Source: Spironucleus salmonicida
Lineage: Eukaryota
Length of the DNA: 64,000 bases
Assembly: GCF_000497125.1 (NCBI RefSeq)
Contig: NC_090603.1
Span: 310,001-374,000 of the forward strand
Direction: 5' to 3'
Shown here one piece after another: positions 1-12,828 of this stretch (its first letter is position 1; each line of letters starts with the position of its first letter). Position numbers and translations under genes: made by a program. Under the pieces are notes generated by a model that was not told where the DNA came from, did no database searches, and was given only the letters and a program-made list of their open reading frames with translations.

Positions 1-119
1 TATCCCTAATCGAAACGCATGCATTTCTGGGCGCCGTTCGTGTACGGCGTTCAAATCTGCACGACGGCGTCACGCTAAATTTTTGCGTTGCAGTGCGAAT
101 TCCCACGGCGCTCTGTCAT
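1..119 (-). pseudogene. Degenerate cysteine-rich membrane protein (MTECRVNSHC family) pseudogene, 5' part; runs off window start
   Basis: Reads MTERRGNSHCNAKIQRDAVVQI*TPYTNG from ATG 119. It aligns with MTECRVNSHCKEGQYCDTGKKMCTPCQDG (15161) and the 29928 copy, with several Cys lost and an in-frame TGA at 51-53. Confidence 0.7.
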
Positions 120-879
120 TCTGATCAGAAAACAGCAATCAGGGTCGTTGTTGTACTTACAATATAATAGTAATGATCATAATATCGATTTGGGGTTCAT
201 GGGGGTATTTGTCACAATAGTGTATAATATCTTGTTTTGAAATATTAATTTGCAAACGGAGGCGGCGGTGGCGATAAAGGAGGTAAATTATGACTACTCT
301 CAGGTGACTAGAATAGAGAGTTATAGCGGATAAATTCGCAGTGTTAAGGCGAGCCTGATCAAAAATAGAGACTGCAAAGCTCAGTTTGGCGTAAATACGC
401 TTAATTCACGCATTTTAAAGCGTATAATTGCGATTCAATAGTTAATAATTGTGTTTTGGTCAAAAAGGAAAATGAACATCATATTTAATTGTTAATTTAT
501 TATATAACATATAATATATTATTTACACTCGAAAATGTAATAAGTCTTAATAAAAATAGATACAAATAAACCAGTCTACATAAATGAAGGGCTTTCTCTA
601 AGATTATCACATGTCTCAGGAGAGCCGGGATCGCACCTATCTATGCAAGTTTCCCACACGTGTGAGTTCAGCGACCCGTTTTGTGTCGCGCGTATATCTT
701 AATCAGGATATTAAAAGTTAAATTTAGATGTGGATGGACCATATATTCTCAATTTTATTACCAATAAGCCAGTTTTGCTATATGGAACGTTTGAAGACAT
801 CAAAAAATGATTATAACCACTTATTATATTATATATACCTATTTTTAACATTTCCCATTCCATCTTTCACTTTACAAGA

Positions 880-2814
880 ATGCCTAACACTTAAACTATT
901 CCATTTAGAAAATCTGGTGTTTCATAAACCCGTACAGCTTAGACAGTAAAAAGATTAGCTATGTATCGTGAAAAAGCTACACATGATGCCAAAGGTAAGG
1001 TTATTAAACAGCGTTATCACTCCTCTACCCCTGAATCAGACGGTAAAATAGTAGGAAATCGTAAATATTTCGCCAATACTAGAATTGCTAGCCAATCAGA
1101 TCTCGAGCGTATGCGTGAGGCAGTAGCAAAAGCTAGAGATCCCAATACCTTCCTTTTACGCGACAAACGCCTCCCAACCTCTCTTATTACCGAGCAAGAA
1201 GAATGTCAGGTTAAAATTGAATAAGTAGAACCATTTGGCCTTACTTTTGGTCCTAAATCACAGCGTAGAAAGGCAAAAATTGCTTTCTAAGCTGATGAAA
1301 TCGTCAAAGAAGCCACAAAGCTTCAAAATGAGTACAACATCGACAACGACATCAATATTTAACAGGCAATAGACAAGAAAACTGCTTTTGATCCACGCAT
1401 GATTCGCGGACAAACTCACAGAGTTTACTCAGAAATCTACAAAGTAATCGACTCTTCGGACGTCCTTGTCTACGTTTTGGACGCCAGAGATCCCGAAAAC
1501 ACGCTATCAAAGTCGATCGAAAAGTATCTTCTCCAGGCCGAAAACCAGCACCGTCATCTCATTTACGTCCTGAACAAGGTCGACCTGGTACCAACGTGGG
1601 CCACGAAATCCTGGATTTTGAAGCTCCAGAAGCAGCACCCAACGATCGCATTTTGTGCAACCGCCAAAAAAGCCTTCGGAAAAGCCGAAATCATCAGCGT
1701 ATTCCGCCAATTCTCGCTCTTGCACAAGGAGCGCCCAAACATCTCAATCGGCTTTCTAGGCTTCCCAAACGTCGGAAAAAGCTCCGTTATCAACGCAATT
1801 ATCGGAAAATAGGTCTGCAACGTAGCCCCGATTCCGGGCGAAACGAAAGTCTGGCAATACGTCAATTTGACCAAAAAAATCTTCCTAATCGACGCACCAG
1901 GTGTCGTTTTCCCAGACAAAACCGCTGACGAGAACGCTGACGACCTGCGAATTTTGCTCTAGGGCGTAATTCGCACAGAATACGTCGAATACCCCGAAAA
2001 ACTCGTTCCTTCGATCCTGAAAAAAGTGCAAAAACTGCACGTCCTAAAAACGTACCAAATTCGCAATTACGAGGACGAGGAGGACCTTCTGGAGCAGCTG
2101 GCGTACAAGTGGGGCAGAATCCTTAAAGGCGGCGATGCGGACAAGCGAAGCGTCGCCAGGAAGCTCTTCGAGGACTTCGTGCGGGGGAAATTGCCGCATT
2201 TCGTCGCTGCGTACCAGAAAGGCGAAATCGACGCTTTCAAGCGCTCGCTGGAAGAGCAGAAGAACAAGTGGAACCGCGCGAGCGATTCTGAACTCATTCT
2301 GTTCAAAAATCAGCAGAAACTGAAGGCTGCCGGCCAGGCGTTCGAGTACGAAGAAAACGACGAAATGAAGCAATTTGCGGACGATAAACTTGATCGTATA
2401 GAGGAAAAAGGAGCGGAAAAGAGCGATTCCGAGGACTCTTTGCAGGAGTTCGAATCCGACGATTTGGACGGCGCTTTCGAGCCCGAGGCGTTCGAAATGC
2501 CCAAAAAACGCGTCAAGGCCTCAGAGGTCGACGTGGACGTGAACGTGCAGCACAAAAAGGCCAAAATGGCCTACAAAACCGGAATTCAGAGGGCCACCAG
2601 AATCAACAAAACGCGAAAACGGGACCTCCTCAGGGCCGCTGCTAGCGGCGTTGTGGACGAAAAAGACCTAAATTTGGTCATAAAAGAGAAGAAGTTGAGG
2701 AGCCGAAAGGACAGGCAGGGCGGTGCTAAGGGCGGCAAGACTGGCGACCAGTTCTACGCCGAAGCTAAGGCCAAAAAGGAGATCCTGAAGAAGATTACCG
2801 GGAAGCGGATGTGA
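880..2814 (+). CDS. NOG2: Nucleolar GTP-binding protein 2 (circularly permuted GTPase), 644 aa
   Basis: One ORF in code 6. N-terminal [12 protein letters not shown] and RKYFANTR, then VLDARDP, NKVDL (G4), GFPNVGKSS (G1), PGETKVWQY and DAPG (G3). Confidence 0.95.
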
Positions 2815-2922
2815 CAGAATTTGTGGTTTATGCTATAAAATTGGTATTATTATATATAATAATGATAATAATATGTAATTTTTCCGCTCCAATATTGACA
2901 TTCTGTCAGGCCAGCTTCAGCT

Positions 2923-3060
2923 TCAGCCGATGCGCGCCTGCCGCCGGCGGTGGAGATAGCCGTCGAATGCGACGAACGCAATTACCAGGACTACCGAAAC
3001 GGCCAGGTAGACGAGCGTGAAAACCTCCAAAATGGACAGCGGGGCGCTGTCGACGATCAT
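2923..3060 (-). CDS. Small single-pass membrane protein, 45 aa
   Basis: MIVDSAPLSILEVFTLVYLAVSVVLVIAFVAFDGYLHRRRQARIG*: one hydrophobic helix and a basic tail. A C-rich upstream motif (ttccatcccaccggcctccatttt) precedes the ATG. Confidence 0.6.
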   Translation of the reverse strand: MIVDSAPLSILEVFTLVYLAVSVVLVIAFVAFDGYLHRRRQARIG

Positions 3061-3550
3061 AAAATGGAGGCCGGTGGGATGGAAATGCAATAATAATTGT
3101 TTGGCGATATATTTTTTAGGCAAAAATGAGGTGATGAACAACAAATTATGCAGGATGAAACTAATATGCATCTAAGCGATTCGGGCCTACTGGAATTTTT
3201 TTGATTTATCTGATATAACGAAGTAGTGAAATTCTTAATTTATCTGATATAACAAATTAGTGGAGTGGCAATAACGAAGAAAATTGCAAATAAAAAGTGA
3301 CGTTATTGGTGATGAAAGCAGTTTATCATATCTGCAAATTCGGGTTTAGACGAGCTTTATTCTTTGTTGTGGTTGAACGTGGAGGGGATAGGAAGGAAAA
3401 CTGGCTCAGTTTGCGCAAATTGCTAGTAAAATCAGTTTAATATTTTTAAAATATTCCTATTTCACCCACTTCGATAATTTATATAGTATTTGTTATATAA
3501 GTATATAATAATGTTAATTATATTTCTCCTTTCCGAAAATTGAGCACAGG

Positions 3551-6500
3551 ATGAAGCCCATAGACACCACGTTTGCAAGGTATCACAATGGCAACAAGTT
3601 TGTGCGCGTGGGAATGGACTATATTTTTGACAAATCCAGCGTCACATAGTTCATCATCTAGCTCACGAGTCTAAGGGACCTGCGGTTATTTCACGAATTC
3701 GTTCTTGAGCTGAAGCAGCTCCGGCACGTGCAGCACAGATTCATCGTCCTACAACGTTTCAGTTTCAATTCAAAGTGCGTTTCCGAGCTATGGGATAACT
3801 AGGGCATTCTGCTTGCCAACCTCGGATTTGGTGTTATCAGTAAGCTGTTCGCCACGTATGCGGAGGACCTGAAACACGAGGTTCAGACTACCACCCAATT
3901 TTGCTATTACTCTTGCTTTCCTGCTCACGACTACGCTGCGAGAGATAGCCAGCTCACGCTGCACGAAATTTCTCCTTTGACCACTACTGTCAGCCTTACG
4001 CAGTACGCGCTAGGTTGTACAGATGTGTTAACACACTTTCTGCCACTGTCGCTCGCGTTGAGCGCCTGTGCGCTCTTCGCTCCATTTTTAATTGCTTTAC
4101 AGTGGCACAACAGTCGGAATACGTTGGATAAATTGCGTGATTTGGATGATTAGAATAATCTGAATACTTCTGATAGTTAAAACAATGCCCAAACTATACA
4201 AAACTTGCGAAATGCACAAAACATCCAAAAGCTCCACGATATACTACTACACTCATCTAGGCTTTACAATGAGCCTAACTACCACTCCTACAGCCAGTTC
4301 ACCCTATACTGTCTGGAAAATGCTCTCCACATTCCGCTCCATTTTTTCGACCATCTTGGTCCAATTGACGCTGGCGAACATTTTTCCTAGCCTTCCAATT
4401 CGACCTCCGATCCAGCACCTCCCCTCCCGCCTCTCCTACGCAAGCGCCTCTTCGCGCTATCATTCCTATTTAAAGCTGAGCATTTCGCGATATCCGCAGC
4501 GCTCCAGGACACCCAAAACGGCGTTTTGGCCGCACCCTCCAAATCAGGCAAAAGCACAGCGCTGCTTACGACATACTACTTCCTGAAGCTTAGTGGCATC
4601 GCGGTGCCGCTCTACATCAACGGCGATCCCCGGCGTGAAATTTCGAGCATTTCCGCGAATATCTGCCTGTTCCCGCTAAAGAAGTCCATGGACGTGCGGA
4701 ACTGCAGGGAGAACATTTAGCACTTTATGCGCGAAACGAAGAGCTATTATATCACTTTGAAAAATTGCAAAGCACAGATTCGTGCCGCGATGCGCTAAAA
4801 CAGCGCGAATCCGGTCACCGGCCACGAGATATTTTTTCTGCCATTCGCGAATAAGCATATTGTGAATGTGCAGGTTATATTTTAAAGTCTGCTGCGATAA
4901 TGTGGGGTGCAGGAGGGTGGGAATGGTGGGAATAACGATAATAATGATAATAATGATAATAAATCAAAGACCCCGGAAATCGCATTTTAGTGTCTTCTAA
5001 ACGACGATTTTGATCAATTTTAAGCCCTAGAAAACGTCACAATCGACGATTTCCGATCGCATCCTCCCAATAACTGCAATCCTCAAGATTTATGCTCCCC
5101 GCACGGCAGAAATTGCCAAAAATCGCTCTCCGAACAAGCACGGATCTGGCAAGGCTCTAAAACGTCCAAATCGGCAGCTTGCGTCCTATTATCCGACGAG
5201 GCGCTGCGCAGCGCCAAGCGCGATTTCCGGGAAACGGTGCATTTCGTCCACGGGCTAGTTGAGCAGTATTACACGCTCCTGGCGGCCTCCAAACAGAGCT
5301 TACTGTAATTTTCATCCGCACCGTGGCCTGGGCTGCTCGATTTGATCGTTTACCAGAGCCCGGCGATGGCGAATATTCGACGCCGGACGAGCGTTCAGGA
5401 GGCGTTCAGGAGGGCGTGCGGGCCGTTTCTGGACTCCAATGACGAAAAAACCGTCAAATCGTGCCTGTTCGGGTTCGTGCTCGCGCTGTTCAATCCGCGG
5501 AGCATCGAGTGCATTTTCTGGCGGAATCTGTCGTTGTCTGGTTTCGGATTTCTCGAGTTTTAGGGCGAAAGTTACATTTAGAGGATATATGGTGAGTATT
5601 TTGAGGGATAAAATGGACAATTTGGAGAGTTTTCAGGCGAAATGATTGAACAATTTCAGGTTAAGAGCATCTTCGCGGGCACGGATATGGTGATGTACGA
5701 TTTTATTGCCGAAAATGAGTATACGAGGGGAATTCTGTTTTCTGAGATTTTTGAGCAATATACGCACGCAACACTATGTGGGTTGCCTTAGCTGCATCCG
5801 TCATTGGTCAAAAATCAGTATCTGGCGAATTCGTTATTGTCCTAGTCCGTTTCAGCTGGTAAGATATTGCTAAATTCTTAATTAAAGAAGTAAATTATGG
5901 ATAGTTTGCTGCATTTTGATTTGTATGTTTTGTACATTTCTGTTCTGCCAGAGTATATTAAAAATAGTTAATTTTACTGTCCGCTAATATCTCCATAACT
6001 GTATATTTTGGACACCCGTGCTTCAGCGTAGTAGTTAAATTTTGAGAAGATTAAGTATTCATATAATTTAGTGAAATCTTACCAGGTGGAGAATAAAATG
6101 ATATAATTTCAAAAATATGATAATTATTTTTAGAATTAGTTTAAAATAGTTGTGACTGAAGTATCAGACAATTAGGCTTGCAGTACAAAAAGAAATTATT
6201 ATTTAGGCAATACTGAAATTATAAATCTAAAGATAATTTCGAGCTCATCTTCTGTTGTAAATATGCATGCTGTATTTTATTACAACTATTAAATTGTATA
6301 AAAATTTCTGACTTAGTTAGAATAGATATCATCAAATAGTTGCTTATAATAATAGCAGTATTAATTGCTTTATTATTATTTTAAAGAGTAAGAGATCTAA
6401 GAGATTAATTACTTGATATATTTTATACTATCAATAACTTCAAATATATAAACAAAAATTTTTGAATCATTATTTAAATTCTTTAAAGTTAGCCAATTAA

Positions 6501-8509
6501 AACTCTGCTATGCAACAACTGTTATATAGAATGTTAATATATAGCTATCTAATGATGAATTTTCGTTATTATTACATGGTGAAAAAGAATTGAGAGATGT
6601 TTAATTTCTGTTCTTATAGTAACCATTCGATGAGATTATATGTGATAAGTAATATGCTACAAATGCAATTATTTTATAATAGGCTATAAATACTTCTAAG
6701 CAAGCTTACGAGTTTTTTAAATTGTATATGAGTAATTATAAACTTAAACTCATTATAATTATAGTTACTGATATTGAGTAGCTCAATAATTTAGTACAGT
6801 TGAAAGAAAAACGATCAGATTTTATTATCACATTTCATGGTATTTAGTTTGAGTACATAAATAAGTATATTAATACGTATGATGACGTTAAATACTTATA
6901 TTATGAATCTGGATCACATGACCATGTAGAACTTCTATAAAAATCATAAAACAAAACTATTGTACAAGTAGGTTAAAAGATCGGCACTGTTATTTATACT
7001 AACTTGCAGAAAACTGTTTAAATTAAATCATATTAGGAAATTAATTTAACATTTTTATTTTATATTAACTCTTACTTATAATTTAATTTGGCTAATATTT
7101 CAGATAAAAATAGCGAATTTATTACACCAATAGTTAGTTCTTAGTAACTGTAAATAACGGAGTAAGGAAAACTTTAGTCAAATTAAAAATATATTAATTT
7201 TTAGTTTAAGAACATAAATTATAATTTATACTTTGATTTAGCAATATATTAAAAATAGGTCTACTTAGATGTAAAATCGTAATATTTATTTTTCAAAGCT
7301 AACGACAATGAAAATATTGATAAGTATTTAACCACATTATTTGATTATTCTTTTGTGAAAAAACCTAACTATTATAATCTTAAACTGAAATAACAACTGG
7401 AAAATAAATTAATAAAAATATTTGATACTAATGTAAAGTTAATATAAACAAAAGAAAATCTAGCGACTATAGATTTCAGTTATTTTTTGTCTTCTATATT
7501 TAGGGTATTCGATCATCACTGTTTATACATTGAATGTGCTACTATTATCGATGTTAAATATTTTCAGCTTTTTTGTTCTAAGTTTGATTATCAAATTTAG
7601 ATAGCACAAGATATATATATTAAAATTACTAACTATAGTGTAACAATAATTGAAAAATTTATTGATTTTGGTATAATTTTAATGAATTTTTAAGATCACA
7701 GCAATAATCAATTTAAGTGTATTTCAAAAGATAACTACTTTATAACTTTTCCATTCTATTTCTAAAATATGTAATAGCTATTATGTTTGAATCATTTTGA
7801 AATTACTATCTCTGAATCATGTTATGAAGACTATAGCTTTACACTTCTGAATTAAAATAAAACTAGTTCAGCTTCATGGTAGAAATTTGAATTTCATTGT
7901 TATTTTTATACTTTACAGGCAAGTTTATTATAATTGCACAAAGATAATAAATTAAAATATATTTACTAACATTAAAACTCACCACTTAAAATATGTTTAG
8001 ACGATCTATTAGAGGAAATTTTTACTTGCAATAGTATAGTATATAAAATTTAAGATGATGTTATTTAGTTAGTTAATCTTAATCCGTAAATTGGTAAACT
8101 TATAAACATTAATTCCAATATTATTCATTCGTTTTCTAAAAGCGAAAAAATATATTTAAATTTACTGAAAAATTCTAAATTCAACAGTTTACCTCAAAAA
8201 GACGTATAATTTTTATTATTTTTATCTATTAGAGAATAGTTTATAGAAATTAAGAAACTTTTATTAAAAACACCAAATTTTTTAAACAAATCAAAGTTTA
8301 CATATCGCTTTTACTATACTGGCACATTTTAAAACATTGACCAATAAGTATATTTTGGACTAAACGAGCAATTTATAATTTCTTACGATATAAGTAGCGC
8401 TAATCTATTAACATTGTTTAGTACCTTGAAAGCAGTTGCTCTTACTATTGAATGTTATGTGGATAGAAAAATAACTGTAGAATTTGTGAAAATGTGTTTT
8501 TTCAAGTGA
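3551..8509 (+). CDS. Large hypothetical protein (~1652 aa) with a Walker-A-like motif
   Basis: Frame open in code 6 in all stretches I translated, from ATG 3551 to AAG-TGA 8509. Contains VLAAPSKSGKST at ~4523-4558. The 5' part is GC-rich and the 3' part very AT-rich. Confidence 0.7.
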
Positions 8510-8874
8510 GTTGCTTTACATAGATTTAGTATATAAAAACTTAAAAGTATGTTTGTTGATACTATAGTATGATTTTTAACTTACTGCTGATAACTATTTT
8601 TCATTTGTCTTAATAAACAATTAATACCGATAACTCTACTGCGTTACTTATATTAGTACCTTCCTTTTAAGTAATATTCTTTAACCAATATTTATTATTT
8701 CTAATACACTCTTTCATAGTACAAAAATCTATTTATAAGTCTTTCGCTACTAGTTACACCAATAGAAACAAACAAATATTACGCACTATACGGCGCACTC
8801 AATGCCACATTCTAATATTTTTATATTATATATCATATTATATTAATATTACATAATCGTTCCGCGTAATTTAA

Positions 8875-10389
8875 ATGCACCCATTGCAAACCCATTTACA
8901 CCTATTTTCGGACCCGTACGCGTACTCAGGCCCCTACAAAGGCTAGTTTCCACATGGCTATGGTACACATCAGTAAAATGATGAAATCTACACAGGGGCT
9001 CTTTAACAGGGTCTGCGGCACGGATACGGGCAGCTAGCAGCGCCAGCATATACGTACTAGGGAGCGTTTCGCGCTAACGCACCTATCGGCGAAGGGAAGC
9101 TGCTGACAGCAGATGCGGAAATTCGCGCAAATTTCGACCGTGACTTCACGGCAGCAGATGCTGTGCTACGTTTCCGGAGCGGCGAAAATTTCATCGGTGA
9201 TACAACAGGCGGCCGCGTCGGCAAATCAGGGAAATACCAGGGTTTCGGCGAGTTCTATGACGGCGACTTCGCGTGCGGCCAGTTTTGCGGTCGTGGAACG
9301 CTAATCTGCGACCAGTTCTCGTACGAGGGGGATTTTCTTAACGGTCTGCGGCATGGGAGTGGAAAGTTGAATTGTAATTCCAAAAATTTGACGTACGTCG
9401 GGAGCTTCAGAAACGACTAAAAGTGCGGTTTTGGGGTTGAGAAATGCCCAGAATTCGAGTTTCGTGGCGAGTTTCGCAGTGGCCAGATGCTTTCTGGGAC
9501 AGTTATGTACCAGGATGGCAGCACGTATGAAGGTGCATTTTTGGACGGTTTGCGCTGTGGGCCGGGCGTGATCCGAACGAGCTAAAATGTCCGTCTTGAG
9601 GGTGAGTTCTAAAAGGACGAAATCATTTCTGGGGAGGTAACTTGTGCACAGTATTCTTATCGGGGCGCATTGCGCGATTTCTAGATGAATGGTCAGGGTG
9701 TGTATAAGCGAAATAGTGAAATCTTCACTGGGAGCTTTAAAAATGATGAAATTGTATCAGGAACATACCGAAACACTAAGGAAAACACGTTCTATACCGG
9801 TTAATTTCGCAATTTTCGCTTTAGCGGCAAGGGCGTTCTCCAGACGTTAAAGGGGACACTCACTGGCACATTTTCAGATAACAAAGCCCAGGGATTCTGC
9901 AAATTTAGCTCGTAGGACCAGAAAATTAGGTTCTAGGGGCATTATAGGGGCGGAAAGCGCAACGGTGAGGGCTTTCTGGAACAGCCAGGCTACAGCTACA
10001 CGGGACAGTGGAAAGATGATTTCTAGAATGGTTACGGTGTGGAAACTAAGACTGGAGGGAACGTATTCCAGGGCCAATTCGAGCATGGAGACCGCGTATA
10101 TGGTGTCGGAAAGAAAGAGGTTATTGACATCAGTCCAGATCGTATTTTCAGTCAGGAATCGAGGCCGCAGAAGGCAAGTTTTCGCAAAATGAGCTCTTCA
10201 CGAGACGTTTCGAATTTATCAGTAAATACGAATTGCAATTCAATTTTTCACTCCGTAAATAATTTGTCCCAATGCTCACGTTTTCGCTCTAAAGTTCAGC
10301 CCAGCAACCTGGCGCTGATGCCGCAGTAGAGTGTCTGCCCGGGCATTTCGGAGGTGAAATAAACGGCAAAGCGGTGGCGTCGGCAGTGA
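8875..10389 (+). CDS. MORN-repeat protein, 504 aa
   Basis: Many repeats such as YEGDFLNGLRHGSG, YTGQWKDDFQNGYG and YEGAFLDGLRCGPG. Ends CAG-TGA. Confidence 0.9.
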
Positions 10390-10397
10390 TATTTTCC

Positions 10398-10886
10398 TCA
10401 CTCAAAAGCGGCCTCCCAGTCTACTGTCCCTTCGCAAATTGCGTCCTTGAAGAGCGTGCGAATTCGCAAAAACGCCTTTCCGATAATATGTTAGTCGACT
10501 AAAACATAGCAAGTTTAACTGTAGAAAAAAGAATGGAAAGGAATTGAAAGTGGAGTGAAAAGTGATGTTATTATATTCTCTATAGAAGAAAACGGTGTGG
10601 AAAACTGAAAGGAAATTGCTGGAGTAACTGACGAAATACTGAGCTTTACACCATGTGCAAGATCTAGAAACTGCTATAGTTAAGGGAATTAAGCGAAGTG
10701 TATGTCGATAATGTTAGATTTAAGGACTAGTTGGTCGGTTTCGATGCCATTTGACTTGATAAAAGTAGATAATTGACCAAAAGCAGACGCCCTGATCAAT
10801 ATTTTCGGTGCAGTAGTAATAAAAATCTTTAAAGTCTTCTGGGAAGCCGATGAAGGTGGACGCTACGATTTTGCAGATTTTAGCAT
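10398..10886 (-). CDS. Hypothetical protein, 162 aa
   Basis: Open frame MLKSAKSQRPPSSASQKTLKIF...GTVDWEAAFE*, with a GAG-TGA stop convergent on the MORN gene. Confidence 0.65.
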
Positions 10887-11019
10887 TTTAGAAAAATAAA
10901 AATTCTATTAACTATATAATAAACTGTGATAAAATAAAGGTATAAATACATATTTAAATAATAATATGATATTATATATAATATTTTTGTTTTTAAATCC
11001 ATTCCCTAATACTTAAGAA

Positions 11020-12576
11020 ATGTCTGAAGAAGGACCATCCAAGTCAGCATTGAAAAAAGCATAGAAAGACGCTGAGAAGGCAGCAAGAAAGGCAGAAAAT
11101 GCGGTAAAATAAGCAGCACAGGTCTACTAGGCACCAGTTTTAACTATTGATCAGCTCCAAACTTCCACATTTGGTGATCTTCCTCTGCACCAATCCAACT
11201 ACCAACTGGACAAACTTTCGCCATTCCCATCTGAAGCTACTGCTGAGCCCATCTCTTTTCGTGCATATCTTTAAAACTCGCGTGGTACTGGTAAAACATT
11301 TTTTGCGGTGTTGCGTTAACAGTCATAAACCATTTAAGCCGTTGTATTTGAAGATAAAGATCTTATAAAATATGCTAGCTCTCTATCTAAAGAGTCATAT
11401 GTCCATGTTACTGGAGTTATAAAATAAGTAGAGCAGCCTATCACATCTTGTACTATTCAGAATTTAGAGGTATAGATTACTAAGATATTTGCTTTGAGTA
11501 GAGCACAGGTACTTCCTTTGCAAATTGAGGACGCTTAGAGACCTGACAGTTAATTAAATGAGAATCCAGCTCTTGTTCGTGTTGGTCGTGATACATTATT
11601 TGACAACAGAGTTATCGATTTAAGGACTACAACGAACAATTCTATATTTAAAATTAGAGCTAAAATATAGTAAGAGTTCACTAAGTTCATGGTAAGCCGC
11701 GATTTTTTGCAGATCACTACACCAAAAATCATTCCTGGAGCCAGCGAAGGTGGCGCTAGTGTGTTCAATGTATCATACTTTAAAAATGAAGCCTGCTTAG
11801 CATAGAGCCCTCAGTTGTACAAACAAATGGCTATAAGTGGTGGCTTTTAAAAGGTGTTTGAGGTAGGTCCAGTGTTTAGGGCCGAAAGTTCTCATACCCA
11901 TCGTCATTTGTGTGAATTTACTGGATTGGATCTTGAAATGGAAATTTAAGATAACTATAGAGAAGTTTTAGTCTTTTTAGATAGTTTGATGAAGAGCATC
12001 TTCAAGAATGTACTTCATGATTGTGAAAGTGAAATTGAAACAGTTAGAAAGTAATTTGATATGTAAATGCCTGAAAAACTCGTTTGGACAGAAACTCCAG
12101 TCATTATTGACTTCAGAGAAGGTGTAAAAATGCTTAGAGAATCTGGATTTGAATAAGGCGATTTAGATGACTTAAGTACCGAGACCGAGCGTTAGTTAGG
12201 CAAACTTGTAAGAGAAAAATATGGAACCGACTTCTATATCTTAGACAAGTTCCCGATGAGTATCAGACCATTCTATACCATGCCAGATAGCTAGGATGAA
12301 AATTATAGTAACAGCTATGACATGTTCATTAGAGGCTAAGAAATTTGCTCAGGAGCTCAGAGAATTCATAATGCTGAATTCTTGCTTGAGCAGTTAAGCA
12401 AAAAGCAGATTCCTATTGAGCCCTTAGCCAGCTATATTAACGCTTTCAAGTACGGCTGCCCTCCTCATGGTGGCGCCGGCCTAGGCCTTGAAAGAATTAT
12501 TATGTTGATGCTGGGCATCCAAGATTGCAGATAGTGCTGCCTCTTCCCAAGAACCCCAGAAAGGCTCACCCCCTGA
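11020..12576 (+). CDS. DARS: Aspartyl-tRNA synthetase, cytosolic type, 518 aa
   Basis: [13 protein letters not shown] leader, [26 protein letters not shown] (motif 2), SGAQRIH and [12 protein letters not shown] (motif 3). Confidence 0.95.
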
Positions 12577-12587
12577 AGTGATAATTT

Positions 12588-12821
12588 TCACTGTATTTTA
12601 TCTGCCGTTGTAGCCAGAATTCTGCAATGCAAACCGCGTGAATTTGCATCCACTAGCTCATCTCGCGGGCCCTGACCTTAGAAAATTTTGGCGCATTCAG
12701 GACAGTGCTGCTGGCTTCGCACCCATTCCGCCAAATTTTTGTCCGGAAAAACTCCGGGAAATACCGCCCCGTCGAGCCGGCCGTTTCTGAAATTTGAAAA
12801 CTGCCAGTAGCGCAAATCCAT
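12588..12821 (-). CDS. Small hypothetical protein with CxxC, 77 aa
   Basis: MDLRYWQFSNFRNGRLDGAVFPG...QHCPECAKIF...LHCRILATTADKIQ*. Fills the GC-rich gap exactly and ends CAG-TGA. Confidence 0.4.
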
Positions 12822-12828
12822 CAAAACG

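Noticed and set aside
51-53. In-frame TGA at a Cys position as selenocysteine
   Set aside because: Neighbouring Cys codons are also mutated (to Arg and Tyr), which fits decay better. I cannot see the 3' end to check for a SECIS element.
8548-8640. GTATGT 5' splice-site-like sequence
   Set aside because: It lies downstream of a stop codon, with no exon pair or clear branch point and 3' splice site.
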